Notes: generated by a model not told the origin, from the letters alone. A DNA stretch of 32,000 nt from Sinorhizobium meliloti (GCF_017876815.1 NZ_JAGIOS010000001.1:3690001-3722000); one strand, 5' to 3'; shown: positions 8,412 through 19,826, counted from the stretch's first letter. Numbers and translations are program-made.

Positions 8412-9748
8412 CGTCCCCTCTTTCCTCCGCGCAGCTTCGACTTCTTGATCAGTCCCTCATATTGCTGGGCAATGAGGTGACCCTGGATCTGTGCTACCGT
8501 ATCGAGGGTCACGCTGACAACAATCAAAAGCGACGTACCACCAAGGTAGAACGGCACGCCTGTCTGCGAGATGAGTATCTCGGGCAGGATGCAGACGAAG
8601 ACCAGGTAGATCGCGCCGATGACGGTGATGCGCGTCAACACGTAATCGATGTATTCGGCCGTGCGTTCACCGGGGCGGATGCCTGGAACGAACCCGCCAT
8701 GCTTCTTCAGATTGTCGGCCGTATCCTTCGGGTTGAAGACGATGGCCGTATAGAAGAAGGCGAAAAAGGCGATCATCGCACCGTAAAGGATCATATAGAG
8801 CGGCTGACCGTGAGCGAGCGCACCGACGATCGCGGTTGCCCAGCCGGGCATGGTCGCGGTGTTGGCAAAGCCGGCAAGCGTGGCGGGCAGCAGGAGAAGC
8901 GACGACGCGAAGATCGCCGGGATCACACCCGAGGTGTTGAGCTTCAGCGGCAGGTGCGACGTGTCGCCCTGGAACATGCGGTTGCCGACCTGGCGCTTCG
9001 GATACTGTATCAGCAGGCGGCGCTGCGCGCGCTCGACGAAGACGATCAACGCGATCACGCCGACGACCATGACGATAATCGCAAGGATGAGAGGCGTCGA
9101 CAGAGCACCGGTACGGCCGAGCTCAAGGGTCCCGGCAAGCGCCGAGGGCAGAGCGGCGACGATGCCGGCGAAGATGATCAGCGAAATACCGTTGCCGATG
9201 CCGCGGGACGTGATCTGCTCACCGAGCCACATCAGGAACATCGTGCCGCCGAGCAGCGAAATAACGGTGGAAATCCGGAAGAACCAGCCCGGATCGTTGA
9301 CGAGGCCGCTGCCGCTTTCGAGACCGACGGCAATACCGTAGGCCTGCATCGCACCCAGCAGCACCGTACCGTAGCGGGTGTACTGGTTGATGACCTTGCG
9401 GCCCTGCTCGCCTTCTTTCTTCAGCTGCTCGAGCGCCGGAACGACCGACGTCATGAGCTGCACGATGATCGATGCGGAAATGTAAGGCATGATGCCGAGG
9501 GCGAAGATCGCCATGCGCTCGACCGCGCCGCCCGAGAACATGTTGAAGAGGCCGAGGATGCCCCCCGACTGTCCCTGGAATGCCTGCGCGAATGCGTCCG
9601 GGTTAAGGCCCGGCAACGGAATGTAGGTGCCAAGTCGATAGACCAGAAGCGCACCGAGAGTGAACCAGAGGCGTTTCTTCAGATCTTCCGCCTTGGCGAA
9701 AGTCGAAAAATTCAGGTTCGAGGCGAGCTGTTCCGCTGCAGAAGCCAT
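8408..9748 (-). CDS. secY: Preprotein translocase subunit SecY, 446 aa
   Basis: Conserved start [47 protein letters not shown], preceded by GGAGA. The 64 upstream codons in the track ORF have no SecY homology. Confidence 0.95.
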   Translation of the reverse strand: MASAAEQLASNLNFSTFAKAEDLKKRLWFTLGALLVYRLGTYIPLPGLNPDAFAQAFQGQSGGILGLFNMFSGGAVERMAIFALGIMPYISASIIVQLMTSVVPALEQLKKEGEQGRKVINQYTRYGTVLLGAMQAYGIAVGLESGSGLVNDPGWFFRISTVISLLGGTMFLMWLGEQITSRGIGNGISLIIFAGIVAALPSALAGTLELGRTGALSTPLILAIIVMVVGVIALIVFVERAQRRLLIQYPKRQVGNRMFQGDTSHLPLKLNTSGVIPAIFASSLLLLPATLAGFANTATMPGWATAIVGALAHGQPLYMILYGAMIAFFAFFYTAIVFNPKDTADNLKKHGGFVPGIRPGERTAEYIDYVLTRITVIGAIYLVFVCILPEILISQTGVPFYLGGTSLLIVVSVTLDTVAQIQGHLIAQQYEGLIKKSKLRGGKRGR

Positions 9749-9936
9749 GCAATTCTCCGCGTACCAAGTCTCGGAAACACGGGAAAACCCGGTCGTTCCG
9801 GATGGAATCAGTTTTCGTCGTTGAAAACCAGGCACGAGGCGATTGTCGCTGCAATCGGATGCCTCACCGTGGTTTCCGTTATGTCCCGTCGCGGCAGGCG
9901 ATTCGCTGCGCTTGGACGTGAGGCTCACATATGGGA

Positions 9937-9971
9937 GCAAAACCGCCCGGCGTGAAGCACCCCGGGCGGTT
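9937..9971 (-). terminator. Terminator/attenuator-like hairpin 13 nt downstream of rplO and upstream of secY
   Basis: The minus-strand RNA reads AACCGCCCGG-(11-nt loop)-CCGGGCGGUU followed by UUGC. That gives a 10-bp stem with a run of 4 U counting the stem end. Confidence 0.5.
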
Positions 9972-9983
9972 CATCAGTCATAT

Positions 9984-10454
9984 TTATTCAGCGGCTGCGG
10001 AGAGCAGCTTGATGGAACCGCCAGCCTTCTCGATCTTCTCGATCGCGGGCTTGGAGGCGCCGGCAACTTCGAGCGAAACCTTCGCCTTCAGTTCGCCGTC
10101 GGCGAGAACGCGCACACCATCCTTGACGCGGCGGATAACGCCGGCCGCCTTGAGAGCAGCGGCATCGACGGTCTTGGATGCGTCCAGCTTCTTGGCATCG
10201 ACTGCGGCCTGAATCCGGCCGAGCGACACGACAACGAACTCCGAAGCGAAGATGTTGTTGAAGCCGCGCTTCGGCAGGCGACGGTAGATGGGCATCTGAC
10301 CGCCTTCGAAGCCGTTGATCGCGACGCCCGAACGCGCCTTCTGACCCTTTACACCGCGACCGGCCGTCTTGCCGGAACCGGAGCCGATACCGCGGCCCAG
10401 GCGCTTGCGGTTCTTGGTCGCGCCTTCGTTGTCCTTGATTTCATTCAGTTTCAT
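9984..10454 (-). CDS. rplO: 50S ribosomal protein L15
   Basis: [43 protein letters not shown]. Confidence 0.97.
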   Translation of the reverse strand: MKLNEIKDNEGATKNRKRLGRGIGSGSGKTAGRGVKGQKARSGVAINGFEGGQMPIYRRLPKRGFNNIFASEFVVVSLGRIQAAVDAKKLDASKTVDAAALKAAGVIRRVKDGVRVLADGELKAKVSLEVAGASKPAIEKIEKAGGSIKLLSAAAE

Positions 10455-10467
10455 ATCTCGATCCCCC

Positions 10468-10671
10468 TCACTTCTCGTCGACGACGCGAACGAGGTGCTG
10501 GACGGCCCGGATCATGCCGCGAACGGCCGGAGTGTCTTCCAGCGTGCGTACCCGGTGCATCTTGTTGAGGCCCAGGCCGACGAGCGTCTGACGCTGCACG
10601 GCCGGACGGCGAATGGGGCTACCGATCTGCTCGACGGTAACCGTCTTCTTGGCAACTTCCTTCTTAGCCAT
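10468..10671 (-). CDS. rpmD: 50S ribosomal protein L30
   Basis: 67 aa. [44 protein letters not shown]. Confidence 0.96.
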   Translation of the reverse strand: MAKKEVAKKTVTVEQIGSPIRRPAVQRQTLVGLGLNKMHRVRTLEDTPAVRGMIRAVQHLVRVVDEK

Positions 10672-10683
10672 CTGTCAGCTCCC

Positions 10684-11253
10684 TTATTCTTCGGAAGCAA
10701 CGCCGGCGGAAACGCGACGGGACTGGAGCGTGGCGTACTTCATGCCGCGCTGTGCCGCGATATCCTTCGGGTGCATCTGGTTCTTGAGCGCGTCGAAGGT
10801 TGCGCGAACCATGTTGTAGGGGTTCGACGAACCGGTCGACTTGGCTACGACGTCGTGAACGCCGAGCGTCTCGAAGACGGCGCGCATCGGGCCACCGGCG
10901 ATGATACCGGTACCGGGCTTGGCCGAGCGCAGCAGCACCTTGCCGGCGCCATGACGGCCGTGCACGTCGTGGTGCAGAGTGCGGCCACCGCGCAGCGGTA
11001 CGAAGATCAGGTCACGCTTGGCGGCTTCCGTTGCCTTGCGGATGGCTTCCGGCACTTCGCGTGCCTTGCCATGGCCGAAGCCGACGCGGCCCTTCTGGTC
11101 GCCCACGACGACGAGAGCGGCGAAACCGAAACGACGACCGCCCTTCACCACCTTGGCGACGCGGTTGATAGCGACGAGCTTATCGACAAACTCGCTGTCG
11201 CGCTCTTCGCGGTTCTGGCGATCTTCGCGAGAACCTCTTCTTTCTTGTGCCAT
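10684..11253 (-). CDS. rpsE: 30S ribosomal protein S5
   Basis: [48 protein letters not shown]. Confidence 0.97.
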   Translation of the reverse strand: MAQERRGSREDRQNREERDSEFVDKLVAINRVAKVVKGGRRFGFAALVVVGDQKGRVGFGHGKAREVPEAIRKATEAAKRDLIFVPLRGGRTLHHDVHGRHGAGKVLLRSAKPGTGIIAGGPMRAVFETLGVHDVVAKSTGSSNPYNMVRATFDALKNQMHPKDIAAQRGMKYATLQSRRVSAGVASEE

Positions 11254-11355
11254 TGTCCTCTTCCTTTTTCTTTTCCGGGTGCAATCGGCAGATTGACGAA
11301 AGCCGCCTCGCTTCCTTGGAAATCGAAGCGGCCGGGGATTTGCGAAGCCGGGTTA

Positions 11356-11379
11356 CGCCCGGGCATTGCTGCCCGGGCG
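11356..11379 (-). other. Perfect 10-bp GC hairpin with GCAA (GNRA) loop in the rplR-rpsE spacer
   Basis: The minus-strand RNA reads CGCCCGGGCA-GCAA-UGCCCGGGCG and starts 7 nt after the rplR stop. No U-tract follows it. Confidence 0.6.
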
Positions 11380-11386
11380 ACGAACC

Positions 11387-11749
11387 TTAGAAGTTCAGGC
11401 CGCCTTCGCGAGCTGCCTCGGCCAGCGCCTTGATGCGGCCGTGGTAGATGAAGGCGCCACGGTCAAAGACAACGTCCTTGATGCCCGCCTTGGAAGCACG
11501 TTCTGCCAGGAGCTTGCCGACAGCCGTAGCGGCTTCGGTATCCGCTCCGGTCTTCAGCGAAGACCGCAGATCCGTGTCGAGGGTCGATGCCGAGGCAATC
11601 GTCTTGCCGGCAACATCGTCAATGATCTGCGCATAGATGTTCTTCGACGAGCGATGAACCGACAGGCGCGGGCGGCCATTGGCAACCGCCTTGATTTGAC
11701 GGCGCACGCGGCTGGCGCGACGCACAAGAGTATCTTTCCTGCTAGCCAT
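11387..11749 (-). CDS. rplR: 50S ribosomal protein L18
   Basis: [20 protein letters not shown]...[28 protein letters not shown]. Confidence 0.97.
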   Translation of the reverse strand: MASRKDTLVRRASRVRRQIKAVANGRPRLSVHRSSKNIYAQIIDDVAGKTIASASTLDTDLRSSLKTGADTEAATAVGKLLAERASKAGIKDVVFDRGAFIYHGRIKALAEAAREGGLNF

Positions 11750-11761
11750 TTCGCGTGATCC

Positions 11762-12295
11762 TTACTTCTTCTTGCCTTCTTTGCGGACGATCCGCTCTTC
11801 GGCATACTTGACGCCCTTGCCCTTGTAGGGCTCGGGGCCGCGGTATTCGCGGATTTCCGCGGCAACCTGGCCGACCTGCTGCTTGTTGATTCCGGAAACG
11901 ACGATTTCCGTCGGCTTCGGCACAGCGATCGTGATGCCTTCCGGCGTCTGGTAGACGACGTCGTGGCTGAAGCCGAGCGCGAGCTGCAGGTTCTTGCCCT
12001 GCATGGACGCGCGGTAACCGACGCCGTTGATTTCGAGCTTGCGCTCGTAACCGTCCTTCACGCCCTTGAGGATGTTCTCGATCATCGTGCGGGACATGCC
12101 CCACTTTGCGCGAGCATCCTTGCTCTCGTTGAGCGGCTGAACGACAACCGTGTTGTTTTCGAGCTTCACCGAAACTTCGTCATTTGCGACGAAGAACAGT
12201 TCGCCCTTCGGGCCCTTTGCCGTTACCTTCTGGCCATCCACGTTAGCCGTGACGCCTGCCGGAACTTGAACGGGCTTCTTACCGATACGAGACAT
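11762..12295 (-). CDS. rplF: 50S ribosomal protein L6, 177 aa
   Basis: Conserved start [15 protein letters not shown] at 12295. The track ORF adds 25 non-homologous codons. Confidence 0.96.
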   Translation of the reverse strand: MSRIGKKPVQVPAGVTANVDGQKVTAKGPKGELFFVANDEVSVKLENNTVVVQPLNESKDARAKWGMSRTMIENILKGVKDGYERKLEINGVGYRASMQGKNLQLALGFSHDVVYQTPEGITIAVPKPTEIVVSGINKQQVGQVAAEIREYRGPEPYKGKGVKYAEERIVRKEGKKK

Positions 12296-12335
12296 TTTTA
12301 TACCTGTCTGTTCGCTATGGAGATCCTGCTCGATC

Positions 12336-12734
12336 TTAGAAGATCGAGCAAAGAACCTCACCACCAACATTCTGTTCGCGTGCCTGGTGATCGGCCATCA
12401 CGCCCTTCGGAGTCGAAAGGATGGTGATGCCGAGGCCGTTCGCGACCTGCGGAATGGACTTGACCGAGACATAGACCCGGCGGCCCGGCTTGGAGACGCG
12501 CGCGATCTCACGGATCACGGAGGCGCCTTCGTAGTACTTCAATTCGATGTTCAGCTCGGCCTTGCCGTTGCCGAATTCGACTTCTGAGTATCCGCGGATG
12601 TAGCCTTCTGCCTGAAGGACATCCAGCACGCGTGCGCGAAGCTTGGAAGCCGGCGTCGAAACGCTCGACTTGCGGCGAGCAGCGCCGTTGCGGATACGGG
12701 TGAGCATATCGCCCAAAGGATCAGTCATTGCCAT
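12336..12734 (-). CDS. rpsH: 30S ribosomal protein S8
   Basis: [21 protein letters not shown]...[25 protein letters not shown]. Confidence 0.97.
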   Translation of the reverse strand: MAMTDPLGDMLTRIRNGAARRKSSVSTPASKLRARVLDVLQAEGYIRGYSEVEFGNGKAELNIELKYYEGASVIREIARVSKPGRRVYVSVKSIPQVANGLGITILSTPKGVMADHQAREQNVGGEVLCSIF

Positions 12735-12746
12735 GTACCCGTCTCC

Positions 12747-13052
12747 TTACCAGCTCGACTTGACCACGCCCGGCACCTTGCCGAGATTGCCCAGTTCGCG
12801 AAGTGCAATACGCGACATGCGCAGCTTGCGATAATAGGCACGCGGACGACCGGTGACTTCGCAACGATTGCGGATGCGGGTCTTGGACCCATCGCGGGGC
12901 AGTTCAGCCAGCTTGAGGGTGGCCTTGAACCGCTCTTCGATCGGCAAAGACTGGTTCATGATGATTGCCTTCAGGACCGCGCGCTTGGCGGCGTGATTGG
13001 CAACCAGTTTGCGGCGGCGCTTGTTCTTTTCAACTGCGCTCGTTTTCGCCAT
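12747..13052 (-). CDS. rpsN: 30S ribosomal protein S14 (long, non-zinc type, 101 aa)
   Basis: [41 protein letters not shown]. Confidence 0.97.
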   Translation of the reverse strand: MAKTSAVEKNKRRRKLVANHAAKRAVLKAIIMNQSLPIEERFKATLKLAELPRDGSKTRIRNRCEVTGRPRAYYRKLRMSRIALRELGNLGKVPGVVKSSW

Positions 13053-13086
13053 AACAGTTATCCTTCTTTACGCTTGCCGTTACGGA

Positions 13087-13644
13087 TTACTGACGGAACG
13101 GGAAGTTGAACTCTTTGAGAAGAGCGCGTGCTTCGTCGTCGTTAGTTGCCGTCGTGCAAACGATGATGTCCATGCCCCACATCTGATCAACCTTGTCGTA
13201 GTTGATCTCAGGGAACACAATGTGCTCCTTGATGCCCATGGCAAAGTTGCCACGACCATCGAAGGACTTCGGATTGAGGCCGCGGAAGTCTCGAACACGC
13301 GGAAGAGCGATGTTGATGAGACGATCCAGGAACTCATACATCCGAACGCCGCGCAGGGTAACCTTGGCACCAATCGGCATGCCTTCGCGAAGCTTGAAGC
13401 CCGCGATGGAGTTGCGAGCGCGGGTGATGACCGGCTTCTGGCCGGCAATCGCAGCGAGGTCGGCAGCAGCAACCGTCGGCTTCTTGGAATCGCCGGTTGC
13501 TTCGCCAACACCCATGTTGATGACGATCTTGTCGAGGCGCGGGATCTGCATTTCGTTGGCGTAGGAGAACTGCTCCTGCATCGCCTTGCGGATGCGCTCT
13601 ACATATTCCTTCTTGAGCCGCGACTCATAAGCGGACTTAGCCAT
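13087..13644 (-). CDS. rplE: 50S ribosomal protein L5
   Basis: [15 protein letters not shown]...[10 protein letters not shown]. Its start overlaps the rplX stop by 8 nt. Confidence 0.97.
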   Translation of the reverse strand: MAKSAYESRLKKEYVERIRKAMQEQFSYANEMQIPRLDKIVINMGVGEATGDSKKPTVAAADLAAIAGQKPVITRARNSIAGFKLREGMPIGAKVTLRGVRMYEFLDRLINIALPRVRDFRGLNPKSFDGRGNFAMGIKEHIVFPEINYDKVDQMWGMDIIVCTTATNDDEARALLKEFNFPFRQ

Positions 13645-13948
13645 CGATCACATCTCCCGAACGCTTGGCCACGCGGACCTTCTTGTCACCATCGATCTTG
13701 AAACCGACACGGGTCGGCTTGCCGTCCTTCGGATCGGCGATCGCGATGTTCGAAAGGTGGATCGAGGCTTCCTTTGTGATAATGCCGGCTTCCTGGTTCT
13801 GAGTCTGGCGCTGGTGACGCTTCACCACGTTGACGCCGCGCACGAGAGCCCGGTCTTCCTTCGGCATGACCTGAATGACTTCACCGGTACGGCCCTTGTC
13901 CTTACCGGTCAGAACGACGACCTTGTCGCCTTTGCGAATCTTTTGCAT
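13637..13948 (-). CDS. rplX: 50S ribosomal protein L24
   Basis: [27 protein letters not shown] (KOW motif). Confidence 0.97.
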   Translation of the reverse strand: MQKIRKGDKVVVLTGKDKGRTGEVIQVMPKEDRALVRGVNVVKRHQRQTQNQEAGIITKEASIHLSNIAIADPKDGKPTRVGFKIDGDKKVRVAKRSGDVIDG

Positions 13949-13962
13949 CTCTGATCGCTCCC

Positions 13963-14331
13963 TTAGAGTACTTCCGGAGCCAGCGAGATGATCTTCATGT
14001 GGTTCTTGGCGCGGAGTTCGCGCGGAACCGGTCCGAAGATACGGGTGCCGATCGGCTCTTTCTTGTTGTCGATGAGAACGGCTGCGTTGGTGTCGAAACG
14101 GATGACGCTGCCATCCGCACGGCGGATGTCTTTCGCGGTGCGAACGACAACAGCCTTCATGACATCACCCTTCTTCACGCGGCCGCGCGGAATGGCTTCC
14201 TTGATCGAAACGACGATGATGTCGCCGATCGACGCGTACTTGCGCTTGGAGCCGCCCAGCACCTTGATGCACATGACACGACGTGCGCCGGAATTATCCG
14301 CCACGTCGAGGTTTGTTTGCATCTGAATCAT
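13963..14331 (-). CDS. rplN: 50S ribosomal protein L14
   Basis: [28 protein letters not shown]. Confidence 0.98.
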   Translation of the reverse strand: MIQMQTNLDVADNSGARRVMCIKVLGGSKRKYASIGDIIVVSIKEAIPRGRVKKGDVMKAVVVRTAKDIRRADGSVIRFDTNAAVLIDNKKEPIGTRIFGPVPRELRAKNHMKIISLAPEVL

Positions 14332-14404
14332 GTCAGGTCGCCTTCTTGTTGTTACCAGGCCGGTTGGGTCGAAACCCCCTCGCCCGGCTTATTGTGCTCA
14401 TCTC

Positions 14405-14435
14405 AAAGCAAAAGAACGCTCGAACTCGAGCGTTC
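14405..14435 (-). terminator. Rho-independent terminator after rpsQ (end of the S10 unit)
   Basis: The minus-strand RNA reads GAACGCUCG-AGUU-CGAGCGUUC followed by UUUUGCUUUG. Confidence 0.7.
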
Positions 14436-14509
14436 CTCGGCTTTAATTGCGTGCTTCATACAGATATTTGCCCGAGACGCAAGGGTCCGGCGGACAAAAC
14501 CTGCAGAAA

Positions 14510-14746
14510 TCAAGACTGGGCGGAAACGACCGTCCAGCGCTTGTCCTTGGAAATCGGCGCGCATTCCTCGATGGAAACGAGGTCGCCGACCTTGAACTGA
14601 TTGTTCTCGTCGTGAGCCTTGTACTTCTTGGAACGACGAACGGTCTTCTGAAGGATCGGGTGCGCAAAGCGGCGCTCGACCCGGACGACGACGGTCTTGT
14701 CGTTCTTGTCGCTGACGACGGTGCCCTGCAGAATGCGTTTCGGCAT
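14510..14746 (-). CDS. rpsQ: 30S ribosomal protein S17, 78 aa
   Basis: Conserved start [21 protein letters not shown] at 14746. The track ORF start at 14794 lies inside rpmC. Confidence 0.96.
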   Translation of the reverse strand: MPKRILQGTVVSDKNDKTVVVRVERRFAHPILQKTVRRSKKYKAHDENNQFKVGDLVSIEECAPISKDKRWTVVSAQS

Positions 14747-14759
14747 ATTGTTCTGGTCC

Positions 14760-14960
14760 TTAGGCCTTGGCTTCTGCCGCCTTCTGGCGGGCAATGGTTT
14801 TGATGCGTGCGATGTCCTTGCGGACCTCGTTGATACGCGAAGACTTCTCGAGCTGGCCAGTCGCCTTCTGGAAGCGCAGGTTGAACTGCTCCTTCTTCAG
14901 CTTGGCAAGCTCTTCCTTGAGTTGGTCGGCGCTCAGAGCGCGAACATCTGCGGCTTTCAT
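14760..14960 (-). CDS. rpmC: 50S ribosomal protein L29, 66 aa
   Basis: [24 protein letters not shown] (14974..14969) lies 8 nt upstream of the ATG at 14960. The track GTG at 14969 overlaps that Shine-Dalgarno, so I do not accept it as the start. Confidence 0.93.
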   Translation of the reverse strand: MKAADVRALSADQLKEELAKLKKEQFNLRFQKATGQLEKSSRINEVRKDIARIKTIARQKAAEAKA

Positions 14961-14972
14961 GAGCTTCACTCC

Positions 14973-15386
14973 TTACTCTGCGATACGCTGCACGAAGCGC
15001 GTCTTGACAGAGAGCTTGGCAGCGCCGAGGCGAAGTGCCTCGCGGGCGAGCTCCTCGTTGACACCGTCGATCTCGAACATCATGCGGCCGGGCTTGACCT
15101 TGCATGCCCAGTATTCGACCGAACCCTTGCCCTTACCCATGCGGACTTCGGTCGGCTTTGCCGTGACCGGAACGTCGGGGAATACCCGGATCCAGACGCG
15201 GCCGGCGCGCTTCATATGACGGGTGATCGCACGGCGGGCCGCTTCGATCTCGCGAGCATTGACGCGGTTGGGCTCCTGGGCCTTCAGGCCGAATTCGCCG
15301 AAGGCGAGGTCAGAGCCGCCCTTCGCGACGCCCTTGATGCGCCCCTTGAACTGCTTGCGATACTTCGTACGCTTTGGCTGCAACAT
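14973..15386 (-). CDS. rplP: 50S ribosomal protein L16
   Basis: [19 protein letters not shown]. Confidence 0.98.
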   Translation of the reverse strand: MLQPKRTKYRKQFKGRIKGVAKGGSDLAFGEFGLKAQEPNRVNAREIEAARRAITRHMKRAGRVWIRVFPDVPVTAKPTEVRMGKGKGSVEYWACKVKPGRMMFEIDGVNEELAREALRLGAAKLSVKTRFVQRIAE

Positions 15387-15424
15387 TTTTTTACTTCTCC
15401 GATATTGGCTGCCACGCGCGAATG

Positions 15425-16138
15425 TTACGCGTTCTCGCGGCGACGCTCTCTGCCGCTACCGCCCTGGTTGTCACTCTCGGTCGCGCGACGCTCGGAAGCC
15501 ATCGGATCGTGCTCAAGGATTTCGCCCTTGAAGATCCAGACCTTGACGCCGCAGATTCCGAAAGCGGTTTCGGCTTCGGCCGTACCGTAGTCGATGTCGG
15601 CGCGCAGCGTATGCAGCGGAACGCGGCCTTCACGATACCATTCGGTACGGGCGATTTCCGCACCGCCGAGACGGCCGGCGCAAGTGATCTTGATGCCTTC
15701 GGCGCCGAGGCGCATCGCCGACTGAACGGCACGCTTCATCGCACGACGAAACGCTACGCGGCGCTCGAGCTGCTGAGCGATCGACTGCGCAACGAGCGTT
15801 GCGTCGACTTCCGGCTTGCGCACTTCGACGATGTTGAGGTGCGTTTCCGAATTGGTCATCTCGGAAAGCTTCTTGCGAAGCTTTTCGATGTCGGCGCCCT
15901 TCTTGCCGATGATCAGGCCCGGGCGAGCCGAGTGGATCGTCACGCGGCACTTCTTGTGCGGACGCTCGATCACGACCTTGGCGATACCGGCCGACTTCAG
16001 CTCTTCCATCAGATAGGCGCGGATCTTCAGGTCTTCGTGAAGAAGCTGGCCGTATTCCGCGTTATCCGCGAACCAACGGCTATCCCAGGTCCGGTTGATG
16101 CCGAGACGGAAACCGATCGGATTAATCTTCTGGCCCAT
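15425..16138 (-). CDS. rpsC: 30S ribosomal protein S3
   Basis: [24 protein letters not shown]. Its ATG shares 1 nt with the rplV TAA. Confidence 0.98.
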   Translation of the reverse strand: MGQKINPIGFRLGINRTWDSRWFADNAEYGQLLHEDLKIRAYLMEELKSAGIAKVVIERPHKKCRVTIHSARPGLIIGKKGADIEKLRKKLSEMTNSETHLNIVEVRKPEVDATLVAQSIAQQLERRVAFRRAMKRAVQSAMRLGAEGIKITCAGRLGGAEIARTEWYREGRVPLHTLRADIDYGTAEAETAFGICGVKVWIFKGEILEHDPMASERRATESDNQGGSGRERRRENA

Positions 16139-16527
16139 TATGCGGCCTCCCCTTTGGCTTCCACTTCACGAACAACGATCGTCAAGTGCGCGAACGGCTT
16201 TTCGACGCGCGATGCACGGCCGCGACCACGGGCGTGGAAGCGCTTCATCACGATCGACTTGCCAACAAAAGCTTCTGCGACGATGAGCGAATCAACGTCG
16301 AGATCATGGTTGTTCTCTGCGTTGGCGATCGCAGATTCAAGCGTCTTCTTGACCGTGCCTGCGATGCGCTTGCGCGAGAACTCGAGTTCGGCCAGAGCCC
16401 GGTCGACCTTCTTGCCGCGGATCAGCGCGGCAACGAGGTTGAGCTTCTGGGGGCTGACGCGGATCGTGCGCGCAACTGCCTGCGCCTCATTATCCTTCAG
16501 CCGGCGTTCGGCTTTTGCCTTGCCCAT
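16138..16527 (-). CDS. rplV: 50S ribosomal protein L22
   Basis: [37 protein letters not shown]. Confidence 0.97.
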   Translation of the reverse strand: MGKAKAERRLKDNEAQAVARTIRVSPQKLNLVAALIRGKKVDRALAELEFSRKRIAGTVKKTLESAIANAENNHDLDVDSLIVAEAFVGKSIVMKRFHARGRGRASRVEKPFAHLTIVVREVEAKGEAA

Positions 16528-16529
16528 CG

Positions 16530-16808
16530 TTACTTCCTCTTCGCTTTCTTGTCCGCGCCATGACCATAATAGGTCCGGGTCGGAGCGAATTCACCGAACT
16601 TGTGACCGACCATTTCTTCGGACACCGAGACGGGAACATGCTTGTTGCCGTTGTAGACGCCGAAGGTCAGACCGACGAACTGCGGAAGGATCGTGGAGCG
16701 ACGGCTCCACATCTTGATCACTTCGTTGCGGCCGCCTTCGCGGACCTTCTCAGCCTTCTTGAGAAGATAACCGTCAACAAACGGACCTTTCCATACTGAA
16801 CGAGCCAC
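16530..16808 (-). CDS. rpsS: 30S ribosomal protein S19
   Basis: [20 protein letters not shown]...[24 protein letters not shown]. Confidence 0.98.
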
Positions 16809-16823
16809 TTGAGACTTCCTCTC

Positions 16824-17660
16824 TTACTTCTTGCGCTGGTGACGCGAGCGCATAATGAACTTGTCGGTCGACTTGTTGGAGCGCGTGCGCTTGCCCTTTG
16901 TGGGCTTGCCCCATGGCGTGACCGGATGGCGACCACCGGAGGTGCGGCCTTCACCGCCGCCGTGCGGATGGTCAACCGGGTTCATGACGACGCCGCGTAC
17001 GTGCGGACGCTTTCCGCGCCAACGCGAACGGCCGGCCTTACCATCATTGATGTTGCCGTGATCGGGGTTCGATACAGCACCGATCGATGCGAGGCAAGAG
17101 CCGTGCACCAGACGCTGCTCGCCCGAGTTCAGGCGCAGGATCGCCATGCCCTGGTCACGGCCGACGAGCTGAGCGTAAGTTCCGGCGGAGCGGGCGATCT
17201 GACCGCCTTTGCCCGGCTTCATCTCCACATTGTGGATGATGGAGCCGACCGGAATGAACTGCAGCGGCATCGCATTGCCGGGCTTGACGTCGACGGCCTT
17301 TTCCGAGGCAATCACCTTGTCGCCGACAGCCAGGCGCTGCGGCGCCAGGATATAGGCCTGCTCGCCGTCCGCGTAGTTGACGAGCGCGATGAACGCCGTG
17401 CGGTTCGGGTCATATTCCAGACGCTCGACCGTGCCTTCGACGTCGAACTTGCGACGCTTGAAGTCGACCAGACGGTAGGTCCGCTTGTGACCACCGCCCT
17501 GGAAACGAACGGTGATGCGACCCAGGTTGTTGCGACCGCCCTTGGAGGACAGGCCCTCGGTCAGCGTCTTGACCGGCTTGCCCTTGTAGAGGCCAGCCCG
17601 GCTGACGATGACCAGTTGACGCTGGCTCGGCGTCGTCGGATTGAAACTTTTCAATGCCAT
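16824..17660 (-). CDS. rplB: 50S ribosomal protein L2
   Basis: [19 protein letters not shown]...[16 protein letters not shown]. Confidence 0.98.
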   Translation of the reverse strand: MALKSFNPTTPSQRQLVIVSRAGLYKGKPVKTLTEGLSSKGGRNNLGRITVRFQGGGHKRTYRLVDFKRRKFDVEGTVERLEYDPNRTAFIALVNYADGEQAYILAPQRLAVGDKVIASEKAVDVKPGNAMPLQFIPVGSIIHNVEMKPGKGGQIARSAGTYAQLVGRDQGMAILRLNSGEQRLVHGSCLASIGAVSNPDHGNINDGKAGRSRWRGKRPHVRGVVMNPVDHPHGGGEGRTSGGRHPVTPWGKPTKGKRTRSNKSTDKFIMRSRHQRKK

Positions 17661-17703
17661 TTTCTTGTTCCCTTTTGGGTTTTTACCCTAATGGGCCTAT
17701 CCG

Positions 17704-17997
17704 TTAGAGACCGGTGGAAACGTCGATGGACTGGCCGTCGGCGAGCGTTACGATCGCCTTCTTCACGTCCTTCTGCTTTCCGGCGAAGCCGCGGAAGCGC
17801 TTCAGCTTGCCCTTGCGGACGAGCGTGTTCACGGCCGTAACCTTCACGCCGAACAGCGCTTCGACGGCAGCCTTGATCTCAGGCTTCGAAGCACCCTTGG
17901 CGACATTGAAGACGACCTGGTTCTGTTCGGAGACCAGCGTCGACTTTTCGGTGATCGAGGGAGACACGATCACGTCGTAGTGGCGAAGATCCGTCAT
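17704..17997 (-). CDS. rplW: 50S ribosomal protein L23
   Basis: [14 protein letters not shown]...[28 protein letters not shown] overlap with rplD. Confidence 0.97.
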   Translation of the reverse strand: MTDLRHYDVIVSPSITEKSTLVSEQNQVVFNVAKGASKPEIKAAVEALFGVKVTAVNTLVRKGKLKRFRGFAGKQKDVKKAIVTLADGQSIDVSTGL

Positions 17998-18614
17998 TTG
18001 AACCGCTCCTCCAGAGCTTCCACAGCAGCCTTGGAAAGCACGAGCTTGCCACGGCGCAGAATGTCGTAAACGTTGATGCCCTGAACCGGCAGAACGTCCA
18101 CATTCGGGATGTTCTGGGCGGCGAGCTTGAAGTTGCCTTCGATCTCGGCTCCGCCGATGATCAGGGCGTTGGTGAGGCCGAGCGAGGCGAATGCACCGGC
18201 GAGCGCCTTCGTCTTTGCTTCGTTGGCTACGAGATCATCGATGACGATGATGTCTTCGGCCTTCAGCTTGGCCGACAGCGCATGGCGCAGGCCCAGCGCG
18301 CGGATCTTCTTCGGAAGATCGTGCGCATGGCTGCGGACCACCGGACCGTGAGCCTTGCCGCCGCCGCGGAACTGCGGAGCACGAGCCGAATGGTGGCGGG
18401 CGCGGCCCGTACCCTTCTGCTTGTACATCTTGGCGCCGGTGCGGGAGACTTCCGCACGGCCCTTGGACTTGTGCGTACCCTGCTGGCGCTTTGCGAGCTG
18501 CCAGCGAACGACGCGGGCAATGATGTCTTCACGAGGCTCGAGACCGAAAATGGCGTCGGAAAGGGAAACCTTTCCCGCGTCCTTGCCCTCGAGGGTTTTG
18601 ACGGTGAGATCCAT
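17994..18614 (-). CDS. rplD: 50S ribosomal protein L4
   Basis: [58 protein letters not shown]. Confidence 0.97.
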   Translation of the reverse strand: MDLTVKTLEGKDAGKVSLSDAIFGLEPREDIIARVVRWQLAKRQQGTHKSKGRAEVSRTGAKMYKQKGTGRARHHSARAPQFRGGGKAHGPVVRSHAHDLPKKIRALGLRHALSAKLKAEDIIVIDDLVANEAKTKALAGAFASLGLTNALIIGGAEIEGNFKLAAQNIPNVDVLPVQGINVYDILRRGKLVLSKAAVEALEERFK

Positions 18615-18626
18615 TATTCGGCTCCC

Positions 18627-19313
18627 TTACTTCGATTCTGCGGCGCGCACTGCGGCAGGGCGCGGTGCGCCTTCCGGAGTACCCGACTTGATGGCGTCAC
18701 GGACGACGATCCAGGAACCCTTGGAGCCGGGAACTGCACCCTTGACCAGGATCAGACCGCGGTCTTCATCGGTCGATACGACTTCGAGGTTCTGCGTGGT
18801 GACGCGCGTCTGGCCCATGTGACCAGCCATGCGCTTGCCCTTCCAGACGCGGCCCGGGTCCTGGTTGGAACCTGTCGAACCATGCGAACGGTGCGATACG
18901 GACACGCCGTGCGTTGCACGCAGGCCGCCGAAGTTGTGGCGCTTGATCGCGCCGGCAAAACCCTTACCGATGGTGGTGCCGGTAACGTCCACGAGCTGCC
19001 CGGCGACGAAATGGCCCGCCGTAAGCTCGGCGCCAATGTCGATCAGGTTGTCGGCGCTCACGCGGAACTCGACCAGCTTTGCCTTCGGCTCAACGCTGGC
19101 AGCGGCAAAATGGCCGCGCATGGCCTTCGGCGTATTCTTGACCTTCGAACGGCCGGCACCCAGCTGAACTGCGGTATAACCGTTCTTCTCTTCGGTGCGG
19201 TGGGAAACTACCTGGCAGTTCTCCAGCCGCAATACTGTTACCGGGATATGCTCGCCGGCGTCGTTGTAGACGCGGGTCATTCCCACCTTCTGTGCAATCA
19301 CACCTGAACGCAT
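18627..19313 (-). CDS. rplC: 50S ribosomal protein L3, 228 aa
   Basis: Conserved start [27 protein letters not shown] at 19313, downstream of AAGAGG. The track ORF adds 14 codons from a GTG. Confidence 0.95.
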   Translation of the reverse strand: MRSGVIAQKVGMTRVYNDAGEHIPVTVLRLENCQVVSHRTEEKNGYTAVQLGAGRSKVKNTPKAMRGHFAAASVEPKAKLVEFRVSADNLIDIGAELTAGHFVAGQLVDVTGTTIGKGFAGAIKRHNFGGLRATHGVSVSHRSHGSTGSNQDPGRVWKGKRMAGHMGQTRVTTQNLEVVSTDEDRGLILVKGAVPGSKGSWIVVRDAIKSGTPEGAPRPAAVRAAESK

Positions 19314-19435
19314 CGGTTCACGCCTCTTGTTTAGGGTTCCCGTCCGGTGCTTCACACACCTTCCGGTTTCCTGTTCCTGGAAGCCGTTGGAGAAACTCCA
19401 CGTACCTTCCTTGTTATTTCGGCTTGCGCCGGGTC

Positions 19436-19744
19436 TTACAGCTTGATCTCGACGTCTACGCCGGCGGCCAGATCGAGCTTCATCAGCGCGTCCACCGTCT
19501 GCGGGGTCGGATCAACGATATCGAGAAGGCGCTTGTGCGTGCGCATCTCGAACTGTTCGCGGCTCTTCTTGTCGACGTGGGGCGACCGGTTGACCGTGAA
19601 TTTCTCAATCCGGGTCGGAAGCGGCACGGGCCCGCGCACACTCGCACCGGTGCGCTTGGCCGTCGACACGATTTCGCGCGTGGAGGCATCGAGGATCCGG
19701 TGATCAAACGCCTTGAGGCGGATGCGGATATTCTGGCCGTTCAT
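19436..19744 (-). CDS. rpsJ: 30S ribosomal protein S10
   Basis: [34 protein letters not shown]. Confidence 0.98.
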
Positions 19745-19826
19745 TCGACTTGTCCTTGCTCGTGTTTTCCGGTGTGCTCACGAAGCACACACTTGAAGTA
19801 TTCGTTTCGCTTAGCCGCTTCTTTTC

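Noticed and set aside
9749-9940. 64-codon N-terminal extension of secY in the ORF track. Analogous extensions occur for rpoA (6511..6552), rpsM (7603..7638), rplF (12296..12370), rpsQ (14747..14794), rplC (19314..19355) and rpoC (29698..29718).
   Set aside because: The conserved protein N-termini begin at internal start codons that are each preceded by a good Shine-Dalgarno. The extensions have no homology, and some overlap the upstream gene or the Shine-Dalgarno itself.
14961-14969. GTG start for rpmC giving MKLMKAAD
   Set aside because: The GTG overlaps the AAGGAG Shine-Dalgarno (14974..14969). The ATG at 14960 has the correct 8-nt spacing and yields the conserved MKAADVR start.
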